Of a DNA stretch of 64,000 bases, positions 27,610 through 37,699 are shown one piece after another. The stretch is from an uncultured Bacilli bacterium. Lineage in GTDB: Bacteria; Bacillota_I; Bacilli_A; RF39; UBA660. The stretch spans positions 40,349 through 104,348 of the forward strand of contig CAWVIV010000014.1 of the NCBI GenBank assembly GCA_963929435.1, written 5' to 3'. A model generated the notes under the pieces. It searched no databases and was not told the DNA's origin. It was given only the letters and a program-made list of their open reading frames with translations. Made by a program: the position numbers and the translations under genes. Numbering within the stretch: position 1 is the first letter of the stretch; each line of letters starts with the position of its first letter.

Positions 27610-29177
27610 TTTTTTATTAAGACACACAAAAACAATGTAATTATTGATTTACATTTTGTTTACTAAAATTATATTTAAGTTGACACTATATATAGTCTAA
27701 GATTTATGTTTGTTTTTTAAATTGCTAATTTAAATGATAACTGTTTATCTTTTTCTTTATGCTTTATATGTTTCCATTCAGATATACCATTTCTAGCATA
27801 TTTTAATATGTTATAAATTCCTTTAGATATTATTCCAAACATAATAATTAAATCTTCCTTTAGTGCCATTGCTCTTTCTACAATAATATTGCAAAAATAA
27901 TTAGTATCAAGTTTTTCTACTATTGTAGCCATATAAAACATTACTAGTGTTAAAAACATATTAAAATTATTCATTGATTTTAATGTTCTAAGTAATGAAT
28001 TTTCCCAACCAAATTCTTCTTTTTTAGTTTTAAAATATTCCTCTATTCTCCATCTCAAAAAATATAACTTTGCTATTTTTCTCGCAGTATTTGCATCTTC
28101 TATTTCTATATTAGTTAACAACATCATTGGTAAGTCATCGTCAGTATTAAGACCATGTATTGTTAATAATGTTAATTGTTTCTCTTTCATACAAGGAAGA
28201 GATACTTTAGTATAACTAATATAACACTCTCTATTTTCTCCTTTATACATTAACGTTGTTAAAACTTTTCCTTTTCTTTCTAATGCTACTTCTTTTACGA
28301 GTCTCAATTTATCTTTAAATCTCAAATTTCTATTACCTTTTAATCTAGTTACAAACTTATTATCTTCTTTTATATCTTTCTTAAAAAACTCATTTGCATC
28401 ATAGCCTCTATCTCTTATAAAAATAGGTGTTTTATTATTTTCGTTTAATAAGTTGACAACATAATCTTCACCATTAATAGTCTCATCATTCTCACTTTTA
28501 AACTCATCACTCTTTGTAGAATAAATTTTTGAATACAAACTTATTGGAGTTTTACTTTTTCTACTTAATGCTGTGTATTCACATACTTTATAGCCATTAA
28601 CATATTTTTCTGTTTGACTACTTGCATCTCTAACAGTGCAAAGATCTTCAAGCTTTTTACTATATTCTTTATTTAAGTCTGTATCATCATTTAAAACTAT
28701 TACTTCATTATCTGGTAATAATTTCATTATTTCTTTTTGGCAATTTTGAATTAGCATTCTTTTCATATAATCATCTAAATCTGCTAAGCCACTAGATAAT
28801 CTATCTATTGTATATGGTAATTTAGTATTTTCTTTTAATGTTCTTGCTATCTCACTCAAATGAGAACTTCTACTGGCAGATATTCCATAAATAACATCTT
28901 TACATAAATTTTTAACAGATTTACACGTTCCTTCTGAAATTTTTTCTGAAAATTTTAAAATATCTCTTTTCATACTATATGTTTCTGTAGTAAAATAACT
29001 CATAGGAAAACACCTCCAATTGTTGTTTAGTAATATTTCATTACTATGGTTATTTTATTAATATTATTATACTACAATTCTTGAGGATTTTCCTTATTTT
29101 ATGCCTAAAAAAGTGAATCTGTGGATAACACATTTTCACTTTTTTCTTGTCAACTATTTTTTTCACCGAAACTCAAA
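27565..29177 (-). mobile_element. IS4-family-like insertion sequence (ends approximate)
   Basis: TTTGAGTTTCGGT (27565-27577) is inverted at 29165-29177 (ACCGAAACTCAAA). These enclose one transposase ORF. The left end lies inside the IS1634 duplication. Confidence 0.5.
27717..29003 (-). CDS. IS4-family DDE transposase
   Basis: YFLRWRIEEYFKTKK matches the Y-x2-R-x3-E-x6-K IS4 signature. 428 aa. Confidence 0.8.
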   Translation of the reverse strand: MSYFTTETYSMKRDILKFSEKISEGTCKSVKNLCKDVIYGISASRSSHLSEIARTLKENTKLPYTIDRLSSGLADLDDYMKRMLIQNCQKEIMKLLPDNEVIVLNDDTDLNKEYSKKLEDLCTVRDASSQTEKYVNGYKVCEYTALSRKSKTPISLYSKIYSTKSDEFKSENDETINGEDYVVNLLNENNKTPIFIRDRGYDANEFFKKDIKEDNKFVTRLKGNRNLRFKDKLRLVKEVALERKGKVLTTLMYKGENRECYISYTKVSLPCMKEKQLTLLTIHGLNTDDDLPMMLLTNIEIEDANTARKIAKLYFLRWRIEEYFKTKKEEFGWENSLLRTLKSMNNFNMFLTLVMFYMATIVEKLDTNYFCNIIVERAMALKEDLIIMFGIISKGIYNILKYARNGISEWKHIKHKEKDKQLSFKLAI

Positions 29178-29372
29178 ATTTTTAATAGTAGAGTGTTATG
29201 TTAATTGGTACTGGTAAATCCTTTAGGTTTCTATTGGTTAGTATCATATAAGTTTTTTTCTATTCTTGTTTTTTATAATTGGGTATTATAAGCTTTTTCT
29301 TTGACATAAAATAACATGTTTCTTGATTTTAATAAATTAATTTGTTCATCTCTTGTTTTATAAAATTAAAAG

Positions 29373-29399
29373 TCTTCAGTCCACACGGGATACTGAAGA
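29373..29399 (-). terminator. Candidate terminator downstream of the SleB-like gene
   Basis: TCTTCAGT-11 nt-ACTGAAGA hairpin. On the minus strand it is followed by a U-rich CTTTTAATTTTAT. Confidence 0.4.
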
Positions 29400-29523
29400 T
29401 CACTTACAATTTAATATTATATATAAATTGAAGTGATTGTCAATATCCTCAAAACTTTTTGTTTCCTATTAACTATATATTAGAAGATAATAAAAATAAT
29501 GTTAATATAAAATAAGGATATTT

Positions 29524-29955
29524 TTAATGAAGGGGTGGACATACACTAGGATCTGGGGCATAGAAACAATGATTTTTAAATCTTCCTGCTAGAGCTTGGT
29601 CATACCAAGTACTAATACAGTTGTTATTTCTTCCAGGTGCATAGAACCATAAGGCATTAGTAGCTGGGTAGTAATATTCTCCTTTTAATGTTCTTTCTGC
29701 TAGTTCTCTTTCTTTGATAGTAGAACCTGATGTAAATTGAGGGCTGTTAATTCCGGCAAACCCTCCTGGATTTTGGTAAACCATTTGGGTAACAGTATTT
29801 ATATTTCTAAAGGTATAACAGTAAGCTAGGACTCTATTAACACCGACATTTCCTACCATAAGCATACCATAATCTCCTTCACCTACAGCTTCAGCTCTCA
29901 TTAGTCTTGCTAATAGGTCTAATTCTTTACTTGTATATTGAACTACTTGAGACAT
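29524..29955 (-). CDS. Cell-wall hydrolase, SleB/Hydrolase_2 family
   Basis: LLARLMRAEAVGEG..GMLMVGNVGVNRV is the core motif of spore-cortex-lytic SleB-type enzymes. Confidence 0.75.
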   Translation of the reverse strand: MSQVVQYTSKELDLLARLMRAEAVGEGDYGMLMVGNVGVNRVLAYCYTFRNINTVTQMVYQNPGGFAGINSPQFTSGSTIKERELAERTLKGEYYYPATNALWFYAPGRNNNCISTWYDQALAGRFKNHCFYAPDPSVCPPLH

Positions 29956-30049
29956 ATAATCACCTAATATAATTTATGATTTTTTATAGTAAATTGTTCT
30001 ACTAAGTTAAAGGAATCTGTGATAAGATTGTAGTAGGTAGGTGAAACGT

Positions 30050-31093
30050 ATGAAGAGGAAAAGAAAAAGAAGAGTTGCTATTATTATATTTATTATTCTT
30101 TTATTAGCTTTAGCAGGTGGTGCTTATTATTATTTTATTTATCTTGGTAATGATATTTCTTTAACCCAAAAGAAGGAAGAGTTGAGTGTTTATGATGTTA
30201 ATAGTAATAAACGTCCTATTGCCGTAATGATTGATAATAATGTTGATAATGATGAACAAGTAGGGTTACAAGATGCTTATTTAACTTATGAAATAATTGT
30301 AGAAGGTGGTTTAACTAGAATAATGGCTATTTATAAAGATGTTGATACTAGTGTTATTGGACCAGTTAGAAGTAGTAGGCATTACTTTTTAGATTATGCA
30401 CTTGAAAATGATGCTATTTATGCTCATTATGGATGGAGTACTTATGCTGAGAATGATATTAAAGCTTTAGGTGTTGATAATATTAATGGACTTTATGATG
30501 ATGCTTTTTATAGAGATAGTAGTATAGCAGCACCTCATAATGTCTTTACTAGTATTGATAATTTATATTTAATGGCAGAAGAGCTTGGTTATGATACTAC
30601 ATCTAGCGACTATGAAAACTTAAATTATGTTACTAAAAAAGTAAATTTAGAGAAGAAAGATAACTCATTAAACTGTGATAGTGATAATTGTAGTTTAGAA
30701 GGTAGAGTTTTAACTAGTATTGAGATACCTTATTCTAATAGTGAGGTTAGAAGTTATACTTATGATAGTGAGAAAGGTTATTATTTACGTTATATGAATG
30801 GTATTCCTCATACTGATAGAGATAGTGGAGAACAATATCATTATAAAAATATAATTATTATGAAAGTAGATAATAGTACTCTTGATGATTATGGTAGGCA
30901 AGATTTAGATACAGTTGGTAGTGGGGAAGGTTATTATATTACTAATGGTTATATGATGCCTATTACTTGGGAGAAAGATTCTAGAAGTGGTAAGACATAT
31001 TATTCTTATAGTAATGGTGATGAGATAGAAGTTAGTGATGGGAATACTTTTATACAAGTAATGCCTAGTGATAGAGATATAGTAGTAAGTTAA
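30050..31093 (+). CDS. DUF3048 (YerB-like) domain protein, paralog 1
   Basis: N-terminal basic region plus TM, then PIAVMIDN..GLQDAYLTYEIIVEGGLTRIMAIY and SSRHYFLDY. ATG 30050 is preferred over GTG 30041. Confidence 0.7.
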   Translation: MKRKRKRRVAIIIFIILLLALAGGAYYYFIYLGNDISLTQKKEELSVYDVNSNKRPIAVMIDNNVDNDEQVGLQDAYLTYEIIVEGGLTRIMAIYKDVDTSVIGPVRSSRHYFLDYALENDAIYAHYGWSTYAENDIKALGVDNINGLYDDAFYRDSSIAAPHNVFTSIDNLYLMAEELGYDTTSSDYENLNYVTKKVNLEKKDNSLNCDSDNCSLEGRVLTSIEIPYSNSEVRSYTYDSEKGYYLRYMNGIPHTDRDSGEQYHYKNIIIMKVDNSTLDDYGRQDLDTVGSGEGYYITNGYMMPITWEKDSRSGKTYYSYSNGDEIEVSDGNTFIQVMPSDRDIVVS

Positions 31094-31108
31094 AATATAA
31101 AAATAAAA

Positions 31109-32874
31109 GGGGCTGTTGGGAAATTAAATAATTGATTTCTTGACAGTCTCTTTTTTTTGCTTTACATATGGAAAGGTCTCTTTATGTAAATTATTAGGTG
31201 TGTCCCAATAATTATCCTTAAACTTACTCTTTTCAAAAGAATCGAGCAATCTTCTTATGTTAACACTCAAGCATCACTTCACAAGAAACATTTTTTAACC
31301 CGCGTCTTCTTATTCTTTCATAATTCATATTGTTCTTAATTTGGCCAAATGTTCCTTCAACTTGAATACTTCTATTTATTCTTATTTCAATTCCTTTTGG
31401 ACTCAATAGGTTATTTCTTGCCTGTTCTTTCAATAACTCATAGTCGGGATTTAATTCGACTTTTCTAAAGTTTTCATCTTTATTTTTTATATTTTTTTTG
31501 CATACATATGAATAGTTACAGTTATTGCAACCTTCAAATATATAGAGTTTTGTATCTTTGACTCTTTGATGAGCGGTATTGGTTTTAAATGATATTTCTT
31601 TTCCAATATTAGTATTTAAACACATTATACCATCATCAAATGTATAAAAAAGTTGAGGCCTTTTGCCACTAGATTCACCACTCCATTGTTGAAACTTCAA
31701 ATAGTTACCTATGTTGTGCTCCCTAAGATATTTGTAATTGGTATAAATACCATAACCAGAATCTCCAACTGCATTTTTTGGATAAGTTCCATAATATTTA
31801 TAATAATTATCATATAAAGGCGTAAATGTATAATAATCTGTTCTATCTTGATATACCCCATACATTACAATTAGTAGATTAGATACTAATACTTGAACAT
31901 TATATGCTGCATGAAAATCATGACTAAGTTTAGAATAATAATCCTCTTTTAACATCATTGCAGTTGCATCTTTATCTGTTTTAAAATATGAATTTCTATT
32001 TTCTCCACATATATGTTCTTTCTCTTCATACTCTAATAGCTTAATTAAATATTGATATGCAAGTTTATAATTTTTAATTTCTTTAGTAGTTCTAACACCT
32101 TTACCACTTGGTAAATTATAGATATCAATATTATTCCTATATACATAATCTTTTAATATTGAATTGAATTTACCAGTTTTAATTAAGTCTTTATTATTAG
32201 CTTCATCAATATATCCCATTTCTCCTAATAGACTTTTTATTTTTATATCTAGTTTTTGGTGGAATTTAGTAGGCTTCCAAACAAATTTATATTTATTAGC
32301 ATTAGCTTCTAATTTGCTTCCATCAATATAAGCATCTGTAATAATTAAATTAAATCTTTTGATTATATGTTTAACAATAGTTGTAAATATTTCGTATTGA
32401 TATGGGACTATATAATTATTGATGAAGTCACCAATAGTTGAATAATCAGGAACTTCTCCTTCCATAATATATAATACCCTTATATCAAATATGCATTTAT
32501 CTTCTATGTCTCTTAAAGATGCTTTGAATTTTGCAAAACAATATATAATTACAGCGAGTAGTTTATATGGATCATAACCTTTTCGTCCTTTACACACACT
32601 TCTTTTTAACTTTACACTTTTTATTATTTTCCAGACACCTGATTCTTCTAAAAAAGTTAAAAATTTATCAATTTTCTCAAATTCCTCATTACATTTATCT
32701 GAGGGTACTAGAAAAATAGGCCTTTTTGTAGTAAAATATTCCATGTGATACAACTCCTTAAGCAAGATAATTGTATCACATATCCCTTAAAACTTTCATG
32801 TTTTAAGGGGACTTTTTGTTTTATACGAAAAAAAGACTGTCAAGAAATCAATTACTTAATTTCCCAACAGCCCC
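31109..32874 (-). mobile_element. IS1182-family insertion sequence (1766 bp)
   Basis: 40-bp terminal inverted repeats: GGGGCTGTTGGGAAATTAAATAATTGATTTCTTGACAGTC (31109-31148) against 32835-32874, with 1 mismatch. Confidence 0.85.
31260..32765 (-). CDS. IS1182-family transposase
   Basis: 501 aa. N-terminal GRKGYDPYKLLAVIIYCFAKFKASLRDIE (InsH-type N-domain). DDE region has DSGYG and a C-terminal RRGLKNV. Confidence 0.8.
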   Translation of the reverse strand: MLKELYHMEYFTTKRPIFLVPSDKCNEEFEKIDKFLTFLEESGVWKIIKSVKLKRSVCKGRKGYDPYKLLAVIIYCFAKFKASLRDIEDKCIFDIRVLYIMEGEVPDYSTIGDFINNYIVPYQYEIFTTIVKHIIKRFNLIITDAYIDGSKLEANANKYKFVWKPTKFHQKLDIKIKSLLGEMGYIDEANNKDLIKTGKFNSILKDYVYRNNIDIYNLPSGKGVRTTKEIKNYKLAYQYLIKLLEYEEKEHICGENRNSYFKTDKDATAMMLKEDYYSKLSHDFHAAYNVQVLVSNLLIVMYGVYQDRTDYYTFTPLYDNYYKYYGTYPKNAVGDSGYGIYTNYKYLREHNIGNYLKFQQWSGESSGKRPQLFYTFDDGIMCLNTNIGKEISFKTNTAHQRVKDTKLYIFEGCNNCNYSYVCKKNIKNKDENFRKVELNPDYELLKEQARNNLLSPKGIEIRINRSIQVEGTFGQIKNNMNYERIRRRGLKNVSCEVMLEC

Positions 32875-33046
32875 ACTTTTTTTATTCCAGTTTTTTGGTA
32901 GGAAACATCACTTTTTAATTATGGTTATAATGTATCATATTTTTCGTTGCTTTGTAAATAGTATATTTTTTGTCAAGTATTGGAAACTTTAAGGGAAAAG
33001 TTTAATTATTCTCTATTATATGGTAAAATTTAGGTGGGTGGTAGTC

Positions 33047-34126
33047 GTGAGAAAGTTAAAGTCTTTAGGAGATGCTAGAATTAAGCCTAAGAGTAATAAA
33101 AAGAAAATAATTATAATTAGTGTTATTAGTGTTGCATTACTTTTAATATTTGTTGGACTTTTCTATTTTTTGTTATCTATGAATGATAGTGGGCCTAAGA
33201 AAAAAGATAAGGTAAAAATAGATGACGCTAGTACTATAGAGAAGAAAGATTTAACTGTTTATGATGTTAATAGTAATAAGCGTCCTATCGCTATTATGAT
33301 TGATAATAATGTGGGTAATAATGCTCATGTAGGATTACAAGATGCTTATTTAACTTATGAAATAATTGTAGAAGGTGGACTAACTCGAATAATGGCTATT
33401 TTTAAAGATGTTAATACTAGTGTAATTGGTCCTGTTAGAAGTAGTAGACATTATTTTTTAGATTATGCTCTTGAGAGTGATGCTATATATGCTCATTATG
33501 GATGGAGTACATATGCTGAAAATGATATTAGAGCTTTAGGGGTTAATAATATAAATGGACTTTATGATAATGGCTATTATCGTAACTATAATATTGCGGC
33601 ACCTCATAATGTTTTTACTAGTATAGAAGATTTATATAATGTGGCAACTAGTAAAGGCTATAGTACGACTAGTGATAATTACAATCTTTTAAATTATACT
33701 ACTGATGATATTGCTTTTAATGATACAAGTGATTTATTAACTGCTAATAACATTACTATGACATATTCTTATAGTGAGGTTAGAAGTTATACTTATGATG
33801 CTACTAATAGGTATTATTTACGTTATATGAATAATAGTCCACATACTGATAGAGATAGTGGATTACAATATCATTATAAGAATATAATTATTATGAAAGT
33901 TAATAATCATACATTAGACAGTTATGGTAGACAGGATTTAGATACTGTAGGTACTGGGGAAGGCTATTATATTACTAATGGATATGCTATTCCTATTACT
34001 TGGAGTAAAGCTTCTAGAAGTGATAAAACTCATTATTATTATAAGAGTGGTAATGAGTTAGTAGTTGCAGATGGTAATACAATGATACAAGTAGTACCAC
34101 TTAATAGTAATATTGTATTTAGTTAG
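33047..34126 (+). CDS. DUF3048 (YerB-like) domain protein, paralog 2
   Basis: About 75% identical by eye to 30050-31093 over the conserved core. GTG 33047 is preferred (after AGGTGGGTGG). Confidence 0.7.
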   Translation: MRKLKSLGDARIKPKSNKKKIIIISVISVALLLIFVGLFYFLLSMNDSGPKKKDKVKIDDASTIEKKDLTVYDVNSNKRPIAIMIDNNVGNNAHVGLQDAYLTYEIIVEGGLTRIMAIFKDVNTSVIGPVRSSRHYFLDYALESDAIYAHYGWSTYAENDIRALGVNNINGLYDNGYYRNYNIAAPHNVFTSIEDLYNVATSKGYSTTSDNYNLLNYTTDDIAFNDTSDLLTANNITMTYSYSEVRSYTYDATNRYYLRYMNNSPHTDRDSGLQYHYKNIIIMKVNNHTLDSYGRQDLDTVGTGEGYYITNGYAIPITWSKASRSDKTHYYYKSGNELVVADGNTMIQVVPLNSNIVFS

Positions 34127-34134
34127 GGGGACTT

Positions 34135-36651
34135 ATGAAAAGTTTAAGTAAACATAAAAATGATATTATAAATATTTTAACTTTAATTATAATTAGTTTA
34201 GTTATTGTATTAGTACTTGTTAACTTTACTAATTTTTTTGGCTCTAAGAAAGATTGGATAAGTCAACATATTATGTTTCCTGATTATTTAAGAAAGTTAT
34301 TTTATGATACAGGTGATATTTTTCCTAATTTTGCCCTTAACCTTGGAGGGGGACAAAATATCTATAATATTTCTTATTATGGGCTTTTTAATCCAATTAT
34401 TTTAATTTCTTATTTATTACCTTTTGTATCTATGATTACTTATATACAGTTTAGTATGATTATCTGTTTAATAGTAAGCATTATTTTAATGTATTATTTT
34501 TTAAGAAGAAGATTTGATTTGAAAGTTAGTTTTGTTAGTACTTTATTATTTTTAACATCAGGATGTTTTATCTTTCATTTACATAGACATATTATGTTTG
34601 CAGATTATATGCCTTTTTTACTTATGGCATTAATTGGGGTTGATAAGTATTTTGATAAGAAGAAAATATCTTTATTAGTTACATCTATTTTCTTAATGAT
34701 TTTAACTAGTTATTACTTTAGTGTTGTTGGATTAGTTTGTATTTTACTTTATGGTATTTTTAGATATATAGAAGATAAAAGGAATGATAAAATTACAGTA
34801 AAAGATTTCTTTAGGGAAGGCTTTAAGTTTATCTTTATAATGTTAATACCAGTGCTTCTTAGTTGTTTTCTTTTACTTCCAACAGTTTATTCATTACTCG
34901 ATGGTAGAACTGCGACTAATAAAAGTATTTCATTACTTGGATTATTTATTCCTAACTTTGATATTTCTAATACTTTGTATTCATCTTATTCTTTGGGATG
35001 TAGTGCTATCTTTATAATTGCTTTAATATATGGTGTTGTAACTAAAAAACGTGAAGTTAAGGTTATTAGTATAATCTTTAGTATTTTGCTAGTTTTTCCT
35101 ATCTTTGATTATGTGTTTAATGGAGGAATGTATCTAAATGGTAAAGCATTTATACCACTCTTACCTCTTGCAATTCTTTTAATTGGTTATTTCCTTATGA
35201 ATATTTTTAATAATAAAAGTAAGTTAAAGATTAGTATTATTATCTCTTTAATAATTGCAGTTATTAATCTTCTTGTTTTCATTTATAAGAGGGAATACTT
35301 ATGTTTATTATTTTGTGTTGATATGGTTCTCTTAATTATCTTTTTACTTATTAGTTATAAGCTAGAAAAAAAATATGTTTTTTATATTTATCTTGGAGTT
35401 ATGTCATTAGTCTTAGTTATTCCTACTAACTTTTCTGATATCTTTGTAACTAAAGAGTTTTATGATACTTTAGATTATGAAGAGACTAGCGATAAAGTAA
35501 AGAAAGTATTAGATAATGATAATAGCTTTTATAGAATGAGTGATCAAAGTGTTAAGTTAGATAAATCTAATTATATTTATGATGTGGATTATTATACTGG
35601 TAGTATTTATTCTTCTTTATCTAACTCTTATTATAAAGATTTCTATAATAATTTAATTAATAATGAATTTATTTATAGAAGTTATGGTATGCTTACTGGT
35701 AATAATAATATTTTCTATAACTTTTATATGGGTAATAAGTATTTACTTAATAGTAGTAATAATATGTTAGGCTATAAAAAAATTGCTGATGGTATTTATA
35801 GGAATGAAGATGTCCTACCTATAGGATATAGTACTAATAAGATAATGAGTTTAGATGAGTATAATAGTTTATCTTATTTTGAGAAGTTAGATGCTTATTT
35901 GAATTATGCTATTGTTGATGGAGATTATAGTGATAGTTATGTTAAGAAAGTTAAAGATTATGTTCCTAGTTATGATGTTTTAGAAAGTAAGAACTTAAAG
36001 ATAGAAGAAGATAGTGGTAAATATTTTGTTAAAGCTTCTAAAGATAATAAACTAGTTATTAAATTAAATAATATTAGTGATAGTGATATTTTACTTTTAA
36101 AGTTTAAGATGCTTTATAATAGTAAATGTAGTGTGGGGGACTCTTATATTACTATTAATGGAGTTAGTAATAAACTTAGTTGTAGAAAATGGAAGTATCA
36201 TAATAATAATTATAACTTTGAATATTCTTTGAGTGGTAAAGATACTTTAGAGATTACTTTTAGTGAAGGTAAATTTAAGTTATCTAATCTTTCTTTTGCT
36301 ATCTATAATTATAATGATTTAGTGTCTATTAATGATGAAATATCTCCTTTTATTATTGATAGAGATAAGACTAAAGGTGATGTTATAGAAGGTAGTATTG
36401 ATGTTAAGAATGATGGTTACTTTAAACTATCTATTCCTTATGATAAAGGTTTTGAAGTTTATGTAGATGGTGAAAAGACTCCTTATGAAGTTGTTAATAA
36501 GAGTTTTATTGGCTTTAAGATAAATGAAGGTAATCATAATATTAAATTAGTTTATGTCTCTCCTTTATTTAAAGAAGGATTAGCCTTATCTTGTGTTGGC
36601 TTAGTGTTGTTTGTAGGAAGTGTTGTTTATTATAGAAATAAAAAATGTTAA
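34135..36651 (+). CDS. YfhO-family polytopic membrane protein (putative glycosyltransferase for cell-envelope polymers)
   Basis: 838 aa with more than 12 TM helices and a large C-terminal extracytoplasmic domain. The N-terminal KDWISQHIMFPDYLRKLF..GGGQNIYN pattern is typical of YfhO. Confidence 0.7.
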   Translation: MKSLSKHKNDIINILTLIIISLVIVLVLVNFTNFFGSKKDWISQHIMFPDYLRKLFYDTGDIFPNFALNLGGGQNIYNISYYGLFNPIILISYLLPFVSMITYIQFSMIICLIVSIILMYYFLRRRFDLKVSFVSTLLFLTSGCFIFHLHRHIMFADYMPFLLMALIGVDKYFDKKKISLLVTSIFLMILTSYYFSVVGLVCILLYGIFRYIEDKRNDKITVKDFFREGFKFIFIMLIPVLLSCFLLLPTVYSLLDGRTATNKSISLLGLFIPNFDISNTLYSSYSLGCSAIFIIALIYGVVTKKREVKVISIIFSILLVFPIFDYVFNGGMYLNGKAFIPLLPLAILLIGYFLMNIFNNKSKLKISIIISLIIAVINLLVFIYKREYLCLLFCVDMVLLIIFLLISYKLEKKYVFYIYLGVMSLVLVIPTNFSDIFVTKEFYDTLDYEETSDKVKKVLDNDNSFYRMSDQSVKLDKSNYIYDVDYYTGSIYSSLSNSYYKDFYNNLINNEFIYRSYGMLTGNNNIFYNFYMGNKYLLNSSNNMLGYKKIADGIYRNEDVLPIGYSTNKIMSLDEYNSLSYFEKLDAYLNYAIVDGDYSDSYVKKVKDYVPSYDVLESKNLKIEEDSGKYFVKASKDNKLVIKLNNISDSDILLLKFKMLYNSKCSVGDSYITINGVSNKLSCRKWKYHNNNYNFEYSLSGKDTLEITFSEGKFKLSNLSFAIYNYNDLVSINDEISPFIIDRDKTKGDVIEGSIDVKNDGYFKLSIPYDKGFEVYVDGEKTPYEVVNKSFIGFKINEGNHNIKLVYVSPLFKEGLALSCVGLVLFVGSVVYYRNKKC

Positions 36652-36842
36652 ATTATTTTGTATTGGTTCTTGGAACATAGCCCTATTGTTAGTAAAAAGA
36701 ATATATAAGTAGTCAAATGGAGGATGAATTATGGAAAATATAAGAATTAGTGAAACGTGTAGTTTTGGTGATGAAAGTATAGAAATTAAGTGCGAAGGTA
36801 TTCCTTTGAGAAAAAAATATTGATGAAGAAGAAGTTAGACGT

Positions 36843-37691
36843 ATGATAACTGATTTTGTGTATAATCATAAGCATGATAATATGTTAGAAAATGTAACGA
36901 TTTTATATACAATATTAACAGATTATACGGTACTATCACTTGAAGTTAAAGTTAGTAAGGGAACCGACTCAGAAACTGTTATTTATAATAATATATATGG
37001 TTCCCGTCTTACTGAATGGTTTGTTTTTATAAAAGATTCGTTAAATTGTAAAATAAAATATGATTCTTTTTTAGGATTAAAATTAAATTATTTTAATGAA
37101 GCAGGTAATATAAAAAAATATACTGATGATTTAAGTGGAATTATGAAATATATTTATGCTTTATCTAATGCAAAATCTATTATAATTAATGACAATGATA
37201 AAACACTAATAGAGATATATAAGTTATTTTATAAAGAAAATCCTGACTTTAGTAGTAAAGATATTAATGTTAAAGTACAAAATATGATGTCTATATTAGC
37301 AGAGTTTGGTATAACTTTGGATTGTGATTATACTTTTGATTTAATAGGAAAGAAAAAAATGCCAGTGTCTTTAAAGCTTGAAGAGATGGTTCATAAGATG
37401 TATCCATTAGGTTTGGTTAACGATGTTAAAGATAATGTTAAATTGGCAGAAGAACCTAAGAAAATAATTGAAATTGTTGGTGATAGTATTAGAGATGTAA
37501 TTCATGATGAAGATGATATGAATGAAGCTTTGATAACTATTAGTAAAGTTATTCATGCAAGTAGGTATAATCTTTCATCTGATGCTAATGTTAGTGAAAT
37601 AGCAGAATTTACTAATCGTAGTGTTGATGAAGTAGAAGCTAGTATGCAGTTAGTAAAACGTATCGAGCATAAAATAAATAAAGAAAATTAA
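36843..37691 (+). CDS. Hypothetical protein (282 aa), possibly N-terminally extended to 36731 through an A7 frameshift
   Basis: A long ORF. The upstream 30-codon ORF (36731-36823, GGAGGATGAATT RBS) would join in frame if one A of the A7 run (36811-36817) were removed. Confidence 0.55.
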   Translation: MITDFVYNHKHDNMLENVTILYTILTDYTVLSLEVKVSKGTDSETVIYNNIYGSRLTEWFVFIKDSLNCKIKYDSFLGLKLNYFNEAGNIKKYTDDLSGIMKYIYALSNAKSIIINDNDKTLIEIYKLFYKENPDFSSKDINVKVQNMMSILAEFGITLDCDYTFDLIGKKKMPVSLKLEEMVHKMYPLGLVNDVKDNVKLAEEPKKIIEIVGDSIRDVIHDEDDMNEALITISKVIHASRYNLSSDANVSEIAEFTNRSVDEVEASMQLVKRIEHKINKEN

Positions 37692-37699
37692 ATAGAATT

